Position numbers and translations under genes: made by a program. The notes beneath the pieces are model-generated. The model did not search any database and was not told the DNA's origin. It saw only the letters and a list, made by a program, of their open reading frames with translations. Of a stretch of 64,000 bases of DNA, positions 39,909-50,222 are shown piece by piece (within the stretch, counting starts at the first letter, position 1; every line of letters starts with the position of its first letter). Source of the DNA: Candidatus Pacearchaeota archaeon (lineage in GTDB: Archaea > Nanobdellota > Nanobdellia > Pacearchaeales > GW2011-AR1); contig JASFEO010000004.1 in the NCBI GenBank assembly GCA_050124795.1, positions 8,943-72,942 of the forward strand, written 5' to 3'.

Positions 39909-40637
39909 TTAATCCTTTACAAAAGAAACTTGCATGCGGAGTTCATCTTCCTCATCTTCCCATTCCTCCGTCTCATCGTTTGAAAATCCCGGAGATAAGT
40001 TTTCAACTAAACCTTCCATGTAATCTTTCGGAAGAGAATTCCCTTCTCTTGAAGCCATAATATACTCAACCAAATATTTGGAAATAGTCATTCTATCTTC
40101 ATTAGAAAACCCAATTGAAACGTTGCCATTGCCCTCCTGAAAAGGAAATCCATCATAATTATAAACTAATTCCTTTACCAAATTCATTAAACCCTTTCTT
40201 GAACTAATTAAACTATCTTCGCATCTCCCATAACCCATAATAGCATCCAAAACCTCTGCAGAAGCATTTGCAGGAGTGCCGGTCTTCTCACTATAATTAA
40301 CAGTTAATAAACATAAAATAGGTTTTATATCACTCATTGAAGGAATCACTTTTTGCTCTTCACAATTAGAACTAACTAATTCTTCAAGCAAATGAGGATT
40401 TTTACTTAAACTTTTATAAAAAACTAAAGCCTTTTCTCTGGGCAACCCTTCAACTATATTATTCCATTTACTAGAACCTTTCTTTAAAGAAACTTTTGCA
40501 AGACCATAAACCCTGTCAACATCAGGGGAGCAAAAACAAAAAAGCCTTTCATCTTTTCCTAAACTATCAAGCTGAGCATTTGCTAAGATATACTTTCCGT
40601 CAATAACTTTCCCTGCATAGTTTGTCTCTTTATCCAT
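39909..40637 (-). CDS. hypothetical protein with acidic tail
   Basis: 242-aa ORF, no recognisable motif. Confidence 0.6.
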   Translation of the reverse strand: MDKETNYAGKVIDGKYILANAQLDSLGKDERLFCFCSPDVDRVYGLAKVSLKKGSSKWNNIVEGLPREKALVFYKSLSKNPHLLEELVSSNCEEQKVIPSMSDIKPILCLLTVNYSEKTGTPANASAEVLDAIMGYGRCEDSLISSRKGLMNLVKELVYNYDGFPFQEGNGNVSIGFSNEDRMTISKYLVEYIMASREGNSLPKDYMEGLVENLSPGFSNDETEEWEDEEDELRMQVSFVKD

Positions 40638-40852
40638 GATTTTATTAACAATAAAATCCAGAAATATTCCTATAGTCTCTAAAAAGAAAAACTCAAAATC
40701 AATTCAGGACCAAAGAAGTAGTCTGAATTAAATTGAAGTATATTTAATCGCAAAGACCAGTCTAGGAATAATACAATTCCCTGGCAACATATGTCTCGCA
40801 TTCATGTTACTACTATGCAAAGGAAGTTTAAATATATTTCGGTATTAAAATT

Positions 40853-41890
40853 TTAGGATTCTTTTCTGAATAATTCCTTAAACTTCTCCCAATCACCAAT
40901 ATTCACTCTCGCGCCAACAGCCTCTTCATGCCCCCCGCCGGTTGCATTATCTAATTTTTTAACTACACTTAAAATTTTCTCCTTAACATTTTTCCCGCGA
41001 ATAGAAACATTCACCTTCGCCCCCCCCATATACCCGACAACAATTGTCTTACTGGGGAACTTTTGCTTGAGCGCATTTGCAACTTCACTTGAAATACTCA
41101 TGTCCCCCCCATACTCAAAAAATAAAATCTTATCATTCGCCCTTGCAGCATCAACCCCTTTCTCAATTAACTTAACAAACTTCTTGTTTATTTCATTAAA
41201 CCTTCTGTGCATAAAATAATTTTTAGAATTCTCCTCGAGAACATCATAAGGACTTTTCACTTTCATTAAAAATTTCAACATACCAACAACATTGCTTGTC
41301 TTATCTTTCAGACCTGCCCCAAAAATCTTCGCCACTTTTCCAATTTCAGAAGTATAATAAATATCAAGTGCATTATCTGAATCAATTGTCAAATCAGGAT
41401 TAGTTTTTTTAAACTCTTCATAAAAAGGAGGAACAAATGCATCAGCAATGCACCCTGCAACTGCAATCCACAAGTCTTCTTTTTTTCCTGAAACCTGATA
41501 GCAAAATAACGAAGTCGCCTCATAATCTTTCTTCCCCAGCGACGGATTAAAATAAAAAACATTTTCCCTTTTCTTTGGCTTTCCCATATCATGATGATCA
41601 ATCCAAACAATCGGAATATTAACCTGCCGTGCCTCCCTGAAAAACTCATCTGCCACATCAGGCTTATCCAAAATAAAAATATAATCTGCATTTAATTCAT
41701 TTGCCCGCCGAAAATATTCCTTTGTCAAACCCGGAAAAGATTTTATTGCGACACCTTTCCCCCTCTCGATAAACCTCTGCAAAAGCAAAAAACTGCACAA
41801 CCCATCCTGATCATTATCAAAAAAGAAAACAGGATTTTGCGCCCTCTCCAAATGCTCGCGAATTTCCTTAACTTGTTTTTGCGTTAACAT
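40853..41890 (-). CDS. DHH/DHHA1 phosphoesterase
   Basis: DNDQDG, ILD, IDHH, SIR, GGGH..A.G. Confidence 0.92.
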   Translation of the reverse strand: MLTQKQVKEIREHLERAQNPVFFFDNDQDGLCSFLLLQRFIERGKGVAIKSFPGLTKEYFRRANELNADYIFILDKPDVADEFFREARQVNIPIVWIDHHDMGKPKKRENVFYFNPSLGKKDYEATSLFCYQVSGKKEDLWIAVAGCIADAFVPPFYEEFKKTNPDLTIDSDNALDIYYTSEIGKVAKIFGAGLKDKTSNVVGMLKFLMKVKSPYDVLEENSKNYFMHRRFNEINKKFVKLIEKGVDAARANDKILFFEYGGDMSISSEVANALKQKFPSKTIVVGYMGGAKVNVSIRGKNVKEKILSVVKKLDNATGGGHEEAVGARVNIGDWEKFKELFRKES

Positions 41891-41914
41891 AAAAAAGAAA
41901 ACAGGATTAGATAT

Positions 41915-42393
41915 TTAAGGGTTTGTATGAAACTTATTCCACTCTTTATAAAAATCTGATAAACCAGAAACAAATTCATTCAATGCTTCAAAAGCTTTAT
42001 ATTCAGGAGTAGAAGCATCATAAGATTTATTAAAGGATAATTTAGAAGAATCAGAATCATCACTTGGACCTTTTTCTCCAGTATTAACCCATGTATCATT
42101 TGTTTAACAAATAATTCCTGATGATATTCTTTACTGACTCCAATCCTAACAAAGGTCTCTCCTTCAATCACTTCCTCAAGTACCATCTTTCCAGCCCCAT
42201 CAAGACTATGGCATTTTGCAGAATATTCAAAACTACTATAATGATTATGCTTTGCTAAATCAATCCTTAATCCTCCAAAACGCGCCTTGAGAATTGGAAT
42301 TTTATTAACAACCCCTAATGTTTCTTCCGGGGGAAAAGGCACATATTCACTAAGTTCATTTAATGTCATGCCAGATAAAAAATAATCCCCCAT
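41915..42393 (-). pseudogene. hypothetical protein, apparently frameshifted near 42105
   Basis: -1 frame continues TNDTWVNTGEKGPSDD..EWNKFHTNP* to 41915. Confidence 0.45.
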
Positions 42394-42446
42394 ATAAATA
42401 TTATTATACTCAAAAACAAAATTAAAATTTCCTCACAGGAAATTTT

Positions 42447-43535
42447 TTATAAATTCTTCCCAACTAAAATCTTTTCTTTAATTGAATCTAGATTCTGCTT
42501 GAAAAATTTAACCAAACTCTCATCATTAAAAACCTCCATTAAAGCTTCCTTATCCAAAGAAAAGATTTTATCCAAAGTTTTATATTTATTCAAAAGTAAA
42601 GCAATCTTGTCTTCCTCAAGACCTGTCTTTGACAAAAGCCTTTTTCCATTCGGAGTAATTGGCTTGTCCTGCGCCTCATTAAAAAAATCCTTCATTATAT
42701 TTGAAGTTTCAAGAAGTAAATCAAAATTCATTTCCTTTAACCCATTATCAACTTTTTTAACATCAGGAAAATAATCACTTAAAATCATTTCCCTCTCATG
42801 TGTCAAATGCCTTGTCAATTCCTGCAGCCGCATTGAAACAATAATTCCCTCCTTACCAAGTTCAACTAAATATCTTTTTACACTCTCAGCAATTCGTCTG
42901 ATTGTTTCCATCTCCCTCATAATTTTCGCAATATCACTTGTTGTAACCAAGTTATTCATTTCCAAAAGGTTCAACGGATACAATAAATCATTAAAAATAT
43001 CTTTTTGCTTTTCCAAAATCTGCAAAGTCTCAGCAGCGCGGCGCAAAATTTCAGAAGTCTCCTCTAAAACATATTTTGAATTACCATAATAAACAGTCAC
43101 CTTGTTTTTCCTCTCAGAAACAGCAACGACAATTGCATTAAACTGTTTTGCAGTTCTCTCAGCCGCCTTGTGTCTTGTCCCGGTTTCCTTTGTTGAAATT
43201 GAAATGCTCGGACTCAAAAGAGTATTTGCATAAATAATTTTTTTCAAATTCTCAGACAAAACTGTTGCCCCGTCCATTTTGCACAATTCAACAAGCCTCT
43301 GCGGACTAAACTTGCAATTAACCCTAAAACCTCCCTCGACAATTGAAGAAACTTTTTCATTTCCAACAACAATCAAAGCACCCATTCTCGCGCGCATCAA
43401 ATCATCAAGTGCAATTCTAACACTTGTTCCCGGAGCAAAAAGTTTCAAAACTTCAACAAGTTCAATTTCCCTGACCTGCTCTTCATCAGACTTAACATCT
43501 TTACCAAGACTTTCAGTTAATATTTTATTCTTCAT
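42447..43535 (-). CDS. disA: DisA-type diadenylate cyclase / DNA integrity scanning protein
   Basis: APGT..R, GALIV, EL.KMDGA, ETGTRHKAAER.A, VSER, linker YLVELG.EG, HhH-like C-terminus. Confidence 0.9.
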   Translation of the reverse strand: MKNKILTESLGKDVKSDEEQVREIELVEVLKLFAPGTSVRIALDDLMRARMGALIVVGNEKVSSIVEGGFRVNCKFSPQRLVELCKMDGATVLSENLKKIIYANTLLSPSISISTKETGTRHKAAERTAKQFNAIVVAVSERKNKVTVYYGNSKYVLEETSEILRRAAETLQILEKQKDIFNDLLYPLNLLEMNNLVTTSDIAKIMREMETIRRIAESVKRYLVELGKEGIIVSMRLQELTRHLTHEREMILSDYFPDVKKVDNGLKEMNFDLLLETSNIMKDFFNEAQDKPITPNGKRLLSKTGLEEDKIALLLNKYKTLDKIFSLDKEALMEVFNDESLVKFFKQNLDSIKEKILVGKNL

Positions 43536-43709
43536 AAAAAAACAAAACTCATCAACTATATAAATTTTTAGTAGTAAAAAAAGAAAAATTACAAAATTAA
43601 AATATTAAATTATCTAATGCGGCCATTAAATTTTTATAAAATGCAAATTTTCTTTCATATACTCCACAACAAAAATCTTTTTAAATAAAAATCAACCTAT
43701 ATTTTCACA

Positions 43710-43910
43710 ATGAATAAATGGATTGAATTATTGCTTGGATTGATTCTGGTCAACGGAGTAATCCTCCTTGTATGGTATTCTGCTGAATGGGGAAGTTTCT
43801 GGAACTTTCGTCACGCTGCATGGGAATTCCTAAAAGGCGGAGCAGTCTGGTTTGTCTTAATGATCGGACTACTTTTCATAATGCTCGGAATCAGCGACCT
43901 AAAAGAATAA
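43710..43910 (+). CDS. small 2-TM membrane protein
   Basis: Two hydrophobic helices, TATA box upstream. Confidence 0.7.
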   Translation: MNKWIELLLGLILVNGVILLVWYSAEWGSFWNFRHAAWEFLKGGAVWFVLMIGLLFIMLGISDLKE

Positions 43911-43946
43911 ACATATTTAATTTTTATATTAGTTTATTTTAGATTT

Positions 43947-44698
43947 CTATTTAGAAATTTTCCAAAGACTTTCAAAAAAAGAAACAAATTGTTTTGCGAT
44001 TGTTTTTGAAGTAATTACAATAATGCTTGGATTTTCCCAGTTTATTATATAAGTTTTGTTATCAATAATAATTATCGGAGCAAGGTCAAACCCTTTCAAA
44101 AATCTAAAATTAAAATTCTTAAAATAACTTTTCTTCATTTTTTTCAACATTGCAACTGACTCATTTGAAACATCCGCAACAATTACTCTTGACTTTGCTT
44201 GTTTTTTATTTACAATAACTGAAAACTGCTCCCACATTAAATTAATCTGCTCACTTCTAAAACCACTAACACCAAAATGCAAATGCTCTGAATTTTTCTT
44301 CATTGAATTCGCAGCATCAAAAAGCACATTCCTAATCCCACTAAAACCCATAAAAATTTCAGCAGAATAATCTTCTTTTTTTCGCCTAATTTTTTTAACT
44401 CAGGGATTATCTTTCCAACCTCTTTTTCTTTTTCCTGAATTTCCTTTTTCTTTTTTGCAATATATTCTTTTAACTTTTCAGGATTCAAGGCAGAAAAGTG
44501 TTTTACATTATTTTTCAAAATATACCCCGCAAGACCCTTGTCAATCAACTTATCAAGAACCTCATAAATTTTCCCGCTTGAAATCTTTGCATTGCTAACG
44601 ATTTTTCCAGTAGCTGACTGCCCGATTTTCAAAAGAGTAGTATAAACTAGTATTTCAGAATTTGTTAAACCTATTCCTTCAAGTTCTTTATATTTCAT
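43947..44698 (-). pseudogene. TrmB-family transcriptional regulator split by a frameshift at a 7-A run
   Basis: GLT..E..VY..LL..G....GKIY.VL..L..KGL wHTH; one extra A at 44376-44382 joins the two ORFs (GEKKEDYSAEIFMG). Confidence 0.8.
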
Positions 44699-44735
44699 AA
44701 AAAAATAGAATTTAATTGATTATTTAAGTTTTGTT

Positions 44736-44762
44736 ATTACTTCCTACTTAGAGGGAGGTAAT
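44736..44762. promoter_or_regulatory. imperfect inverted repeat, candidate TrmB operator
   Basis: ATTACTTCC-N9-GGAGGTAAT between the divergent trmB and symporter TATA boxes. Confidence 0.45.
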
Positions 44763-44794
44763 GTTTAAGAGAATAATTTATGATAATAAAATAA

Positions 44795-46147
44795 ATGACA
44801 GAAACAATATTTGCACAAACAGGAATCATAGATGTTTTATTGCTTTTAGCTTACTTTGCAGTTATGCTCGCAATAGGATTCTTTAATTCAAAAAAGAAAA
44901 CTAATGATTCTTATTTAATAGCAGACAGAAAAGCGGGAGCTCCCACTATCGGAGCAAGCCTCAGTGCAGGATTTGTCGGGGGAGGAACTCTTTTAGTTAC
45001 AGCGACTTTAACATTTTTCTATGGTTTTGGCGCAATGTGGTTGTATATCGGACTTGCTGCGGGATTTCTTATTTTTCCTTTCTTTTTTAGAAAGATAAAA
45101 AAGGAAAATTATTACACACTATCAGATTATGTCTATGATAAACTTGGAGGAAAAAATCAAATTCTTGTAACACTTATGATTTTTGTAGTATACTTTGCAT
45201 ACATTTTAAGCCAGATAATCGCCTTGGGAAAAGCTGTTGAATTTGTATTGCAAATTCCATATATTCTCTCCATTGGGATCGTTTCTATAATAATTCTCAT
45301 ATATCTTATTTTAGGGGGGTTCAAGTCAGTGCTTAAAACTGATTTATTCCAGTATGGATTGCTACTTGTTCTTTTCACCGTATTAGTATTTGCTTTTTTC
45401 AATGGAGGAACTATATCTGCAAATGAACTTAATTTATTTAATTTAGATATTGTAAATATTATCGCTCTGACATTATTTGGTTTCATTTCTGTTTTTGTTT
45501 TAGGGGAAGTATGGCAGAGAGGCTTTGCTGCAAAAGACGAAAAAACAATGATGAAGGGATTTTTCATAGCAGCATTAATTATGATTGTGCTTGGAGCTTC
45601 ATTGGTGATTGTTGGTTTTAATGCAAAAAATTCAAGTGTGGATGTATCCCAAATGGCTCAGGATGCTTTTTTCTATGGTTTCGAGGGAATCCTTCCTTTT
45701 GGATTAAGCAGTATTGTTGTAATATTAATTCTGGTATCTGTGATGTCAACATTAGACACTTCTATATTTCTCACATCAATGAATATTTCAAATGATATTT
45801 TATACAAGTTCGGCATTATCAGAAAAGATCAGCTTCAGCTGGTGTGCAAGATTTCTATGATAATGATTACTATAATTGGAATTTTGCTATCCTTGTTTAT
45901 CGAAGATATGGGTTCTGTTGTTTATAATATCGTTGCCATGATGCTGATATTTTTCCCTGCTGTTATTCTTTCAAGATTTATAAATATCCCTCGCGCCATT
46001 GTTTTTAGAAATATCATTCTTGGACTTTTGGTATTCATCATTATGTATATAATGGGAATGTTTAATTATGTTACTGCGCTTATTCCTTCGCTGGTGGCGC
46101 TTGTTCATATTTCAATAGAATTGGGAATAAGAAAGATTTTTGTTTGA
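44795..46147 (+). CDS. sodium:solute symporter family transporter
   Basis: YLIADR, YTLSDY, GG.KSV..TD..Q, WQR.FAAK, MSTLDT; about 13 TMs. Confidence 0.9.
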   Translation: MTETIFAQTGIIDVLLLLAYFAVMLAIGFFNSKKKTNDSYLIADRKAGAPTIGASLSAGFVGGGTLLVTATLTFFYGFGAMWLYIGLAAGFLIFPFFFRKIKKENYYTLSDYVYDKLGGKNQILVTLMIFVVYFAYILSQIIALGKAVEFVLQIPYILSIGIVSIIILIYLILGGFKSVLKTDLFQYGLLLVLFTVLVFAFFNGGTISANELNLFNLDIVNIIALTLFGFISVFVLGEVWQRGFAAKDEKTMMKGFFIAALIMIVLGASLVIVGFNAKNSSVDVSQMAQDAFFYGFEGILPFGLSSIVVILILVSVMSTLDTSIFLTSMNISNDILYKFGIIRKDQLQLVCKISMIMITIIGILLSLFIEDMGSVVYNIVAMMLIFFPAVILSRFINIPRAIVFRNIILGLLVFIIMYIMGMFNYVTALIPSLVALVHISIELGIRKIFV

Positions 46148-46258
46148 TTTGATATTCTACTTTATCCCTAAGGAATAATCTGAATAATTATTATTACTCC
46201 AAACTAACTCAACTTTTAATAAAAATAAAAAAGATAAAAAAACAAAAAAATAAATTAT

Positions 46259-46444
46259 TTATTTAACTGCATTATACAAAGCATAAATACCGCAAAGACC
46301 AACAACAAGGTAAACTACCATTGCAACAGTCTCTCCTGCCCAACTGCCAATTAAAGCATCAACAGCATTCCAGCCAAGTGCATCAAGCCCCCAGTTGATA
46401 GCTCCGATTGCAGCTAAAATCAAAGCAGTTTTTTCATACCACAT
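46259..46444 (-). CDS. DUF378 membrane protein
   Basis: IGAINWGL, VY.VVGL; GGAGG SD upstream. Confidence 0.88.
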   Translation of the reverse strand: MWYEKTALILAAIGAINWGLDALGWNAVDALIGSWAGETVAMVVYLVVGLCGIYALYNAVK

Positions 46445-46564
46445 TTTACACCTCCTTTTCTCGAATTTTATTACTTAAAATAAGTAAACCCACTATATAA
46501 AATTAACTTTTTATAAAAAATTAAAATTATTAATAATATTGTTTACAATAAAAATTAAAAATTT

Positions 46565-47155
46565 CTAAATTAAACTTCCTTCAATAATCGCAGCAATAAC
46601 TAAAAGCGGGATGACAATAAAAACAAAAACCCTCAAAGAATTCCAAAAATATTTTCTAAATGCTTCACTCTTGTTTGTTTGTAAAACAAAACTTGCTAAT
46701 TTAAAACCAAGTGAAAGTGAAATAAAAACAGCAGGCAATTCAAAAATTCCATGAGGAAGAAGTCTCAACAAAATTCCTAAACCTCCTTCTCTAACTGCAA
46801 TTGAAGAAACAAACCCCAAAATATATCCATTGCCAATTGTATAAATCAAAGGAAAAATTCCAAACAATACCCCAAGGACAACACCAAAAAAACTAACCTG
46901 CAAATTATTTAAAAAAATAAATTTAATTAATTCAAAAGAATTCATGCCTTCAGTCTCAAGCAAAAGTTGTTTTATATAATCTTTGATTACATCCTGAACT
47001 TCAATTGGAGCAGGAACAAAATATCCAATAAAAACAAAAACAAAAAAAAGCAAAATTGTGAAATAAAAAAACTTCCCTGACTCTTTTAAAAAATTCCATG
47101 ACAATTCATATTGCTCTTTCAAACTAAATTTTTTCTTTCCTCTTTTCTTTTTCAT
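46565..47155 (-). CDS. SpoIIM/DUF95 membrane protein
   Basis: IFLNN, NG..LG, PHGIFELPA, AA.IE. Confidence 0.9.
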   Translation of the reverse strand: MKKKRGKKKFSLKEQYELSWNFLKESGKFFYFTILLFFVFVFIGYFVPAPIEVQDVIKDYIKQLLLETEGMNSFELIKFIFLNNLQVSFFGVVLGVLFGIFPLIYTIGNGYILGFVSSIAVREGGLGILLRLLPHGIFELPAVFISLSLGFKLASFVLQTNKSEAFRKYFWNSLRVFVFIVIPLLVIAAIIEGSLI

Positions 47156-47236
47156 ATTTTCATTAACTTTTCTGGATATATAAATTTATTGAGGAAAAAA
47201 TAAAAACATTTTTATATTATTTTTAATTATAATTAA

Positions 47237-47578
47237 ATGGGTTATAAATTATATACTGTTGAAGAATTGCTTGAAGGGAATTTTGCAAATGAATTAGTTA
47301 AAGTTAAAGGAATTGCGCGGGGAATTGTCTCAAAAAAAGAAAAAATTTGCTGTTATCTCGAGGATAATAAAAATTTTCTTCCAGTCTATGGAAGAACAGG
47401 AATTGAAATTCAAAATGCCATATTCAAACCAATATTAAGTTTATTAAAAACTTCTTCAGAATCCGGATTGAAAATATTAATAAAAGGAATATATACCTCA
47501 ATGGGTTACGAAGGTCATCCAGGAACCTTAATTATTCACCAGGTAAAATTAAAAAATGTAAGCGCGCGAACTGATTAA
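47237..47578 (+). CDS. hypothetical protein (possible OB fold)
   Basis: V.V.G..L.D..I.I.G strand pattern. Confidence 0.55.
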   Translation: MGYKLYTVEELLEGNFANELVKVKGIARGIVSKKEKICCYLEDNKNFLPVYGRTGIEIQNAIFKPILSLLKTSSESGLKILIKGIYTSMGYEGHPGTLIIHQVKLKNVSARTD

Positions 47579-47608
47579 AAGTTTCATTTTAATTTAGAAA
47601 ATTTTTTA

Positions 47609-48280
47609 CTAACTAAACCTCTTTGAAATCATCTTAACTTTATTTGGAAACTTTCCTTGTAAATAAATTCCATAAACTAATCCTGCAACTAGTCCTCCAA
47701 GATGCGCAGTATTGCCAATTCCAACATTTGCAGTTACAGAAATCAACCATAAAATAAACAACAACCCTGGAATTGCATATTTTGCTTTTATTGGAATTGG
47801 AATAAACATTACATAAAGCGGCAAGTTAGGAGTAAGCATAACCATTAAACCTGCAACTCCAAACAATGCACCACTTGCTCCGACTGCAAAAGTATTAAAA
47901 TCATTTTGAAAAATCAAACTCGACAAAACAAAAAAGATTCCTGCAAATAATCCTGAAAAAATATAAAACCATAAATATCTTTTTCTTCCCAAAATTTTTT
48001 CAATTAATGAACCAATAAAAAACAATGAAAACATATTTGCAAAAATATGAAAAAAACCCCCATGCATAAACATGCTTGTTAAAAAAGTCCAAAGATATTT
48101 TCCACCTAAAATATTCGACGGTTTCAAAGCAATAAAATCAAGATAATTCACATCAATAAAAAGCAAAATCGTAAACAAAACAAAACATGCAATATTAATT
48201 AAAATTAGATTTATTGTTACACTAAAACCAGAAAAAAAATTTCCCTTTCTCTTTGGATAAATTTGATAAACACCTTTCAT
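47609..48280 (-). CDS. rhomboid intramembrane serine protease
   Basis: TSMFMHG..HI..NM, GASG, AHLGG. Confidence 0.95.
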   Translation of the reverse strand: MKGVYQIYPKRKGNFFSGFSVTINLILINIACFVLFTILLFIDVNYLDFIALKPSNILGGKYLWTFLTSMFMHGGFFHIFANMFSLFFIGSLIEKILGRKRYLWFYIFSGLFAGIFFVLSSLIFQNDFNTFAVGASGALFGVAGLMVMLTPNLPLYVMFIPIPIKAKYAIPGLLFILWLISVTANVGIGNTAHLGGLVAGLVYGIYLQGKFPNKVKMISKRFS

Positions 48281-48290
48281 TTAATTTTAA

Positions 48291-49121
48291 TTATTTTTTC
48301 TTAACAACTTTTTTCTTTGCTGATTTTTTCTTAGGAGTTTTCTTTTTTGCAACTTTTCTCTTAACCACTTTCTTTTTAGCGACCTTCTTTTTTGCAACTT
48401 TTTTCTTTGCTGATTTTTTCTTAGGAGTTTTCTTTTTTACGGTTTTCTTTTTTACAACTTTTTTCTTGGAAGTTTTTTTCTCAATTTTTTTCTTTGCAGC
48501 CCTCTTTAAAGCAGCTGCCTTTCTTTTCTCTGCCTTCTTTTTTTCTTTTTCCTTTTTTTCTTTTGCAATCTCTTTTTCTTTTTGCTTTTCAATTAAACTC
48601 TTTTCTTTTTCTAGCTCTTCATTAAGTTCTGAAAGTTTTTTTTCTAACTTTCCCACATTCCTGTTAAGCTCATTTAAAACCCTTGAATTATCCTTAACAG
48701 AAAAAAGCTCTCCGCATTCAGGGCAGGCAAATTCATAAAGCAAAGCATTCTCCTCGTTAAACTCAATGCTGCATCTCCCACAAATATAAAACATTTTCCC
48801 GGACCTGTTTTTTATTTGCTGATTTAATTGACTTATTCTTTTTATTAAAGCTGTCTGCAAAAATTCAAGCGCCTTTAAATTTTCAACTTTCCAAAAATAA
48901 GTATACCAGCCTTTTCGCTTGTCTTTTTTCCTTGTATGAGAAACAAGCCCGTGCTCAATCAGCCGGTACAAAATATTTCTAACCTGGTTAACAGTTATGC
49001 CCATTTTTTTAGCAATCAAAAATTCATTCATATATTTCTTTCCGTCGAGAAATTCGATTATCTCGCCCGCCGGCTTTCCGACAATAATCACAAAAGACTC
49101 TTTGATAAATTTATCCTGCAT
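48291..49121 (-). CDS. tfe: transcription factor E (TFEalpha) with histone-H1-like Lys-rich tail
   Basis: VRNILY.L...GLV..R.KD...GW.TY.W wHTH, C..C/CPECG Zn ribbon, KKKVA/KKKTP repeats. Confidence 0.9.
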   Translation of the reverse strand: MQDKFIKESFVIIVGKPAGEIIEFLDGKKYMNEFLIAKKMGITVNQVRNILYRLIEHGLVSHTRKKDKRKGWYTYFWKVENLKALEFLQTALIKRISQLNQQIKNRSGKMFYICGRCSIEFNEENALLYEFACPECGELFSVKDNSRVLNELNRNVGKLEKKLSELNEELEKEKSLIEKQKEKEIAKEKKEKEKKKAEKRKAAALKRAAKKKIEKKTSKKKVVKKKTVKKKTPKKKSAKKKVAKKKVAKKKVVKRKVAKKKTPKKKSAKKKVVKKK

Positions 49122-49267
49122 CTTAAATATAATCTATTTTTTAGTTTTAAAAAACTTTTCTTTAAAATATCTTTCAGTTTGTTAATCATAAAACAATAAA
49201 ACGTCGAAGGATTTTTAAACTATATTGTTTAATTATATATATTAAAAAATATATATTAAAAAGTAAA

Positions 49268-49822
49268 ATGGGGTGGTTTGACAAAAAAGAGGAGCAGGCA
49301 AAAATGCAGCCGGCCATGTCATTGCCTGAATTGCCAGAACTTCCTGAACTTCCTGAACTCCCGGACGCAGACGAAAAAGAACCAATCCCCCAACTGCCAA
49401 GTTTCCCAAATAATTCTTTAGGTGACAAATTTTCTCAAGATACAATTAAAGATGCTGTAACTGGGAAGAAAGAAGGTGATGAGGAAAAGGCAGATGATTC
49501 TGAAGATACGCCGATGATGCCTGCTCCTCCAATAAAACACATGACAGATGAACCCGCTTCTTATAACGAACCAACACAATATAAAATAAAATCTCATCTT
49601 GAAGAAGCAGAACCTATTTTTGTTAGAATTGACAAGTTTGAAGAAAGCCTTGAAATATTTCAAAAAACAAAAGAAAAAATTTCAGACATTGACGATATGC
49701 TAAGAGAAATAAAAAAAATTAAAGAAGACGAAGAAGTTCAGTTAAATTCATGGGAAAAAGAAATTCAAAAAGTCAAAGCGCAAATTGAAAAAATAGACAA
49801 TGAACTTTTTTCTAAATTATAA
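49268..49822 (+). CDS. hypothetical protein: LPE repeats, acidic linker, C-terminal coiled coil
   Basis: (LPE)4LPD; EPIFVRIDKF followed by heptads. Confidence 0.8.
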   Translation: MGWFDKKEEQAKMQPAMSLPELPELPELPELPDADEKEPIPQLPSFPNNSLGDKFSQDTIKDAVTGKKEGDEEKADDSEDTPMMPAPPIKHMTDEPASYNEPTQYKIKSHLEEAEPIFVRIDKFEESLEIFQKTKEKISDIDDMLREIKKIKEDEEVQLNSWEKEIQKVKAQIEKIDNELFSKL

Positions 49823-50187
49823 TGGTAGACCAAAAACTTATTCATGTAAAGTTTGAATATGAAGAAGCACGAACACAAAAAATGCAGCTTCTTAATCTGC
49901 AAAAAGATTTGCTCAATATAGCCCAGACAATAAAAAATTATAATTCTCATCGCATAAATGAATTAAATGCAAAAGCAAAACTCCATTTAAAATCAAGATC
50001 AGTTTTAAACGACTTAAGAAAAATCCACAAACTTCTGCCAAAAGAAGGAATCCCGGAAATTCTCAAGGGCAAAATAAAAGAAATTCACAATGTAAAAGAA
50101 AAAAAGAAAGACAATAAAAAATATTCAACTGACATTCATTCGCAATTAAGTGAAATACAAAATAAGTTAAATGAACTCGCCAAATAA
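49822..50187 (+). CDS. hypothetical coiled-coil protein
   Basis: Start overlaps the upstream stop; IHVK..L.EIQ.KL..L. Confidence 0.75.
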   Translation: MVDQKLIHVKFEYEEARTQKMQLLNLQKDLLNIAQTIKNYNSHRINELNAKAKLHLKSRSVLNDLRKIHKLLPKEGIPEILKGKIKEIHNVKEKKKDNKKYSTDIHSQLSEIQNKLNELAK

Positions 50188-50222
50188 TAAAACTTAAAAG
50201 TCCTGTTTCTTAAAAATTAAAT

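Noticed and set aside
48253-48738. Phe-rich 161-aa plus-strand ORF
   Set aside because: Antisense to the Lys-repeat tail of TFE
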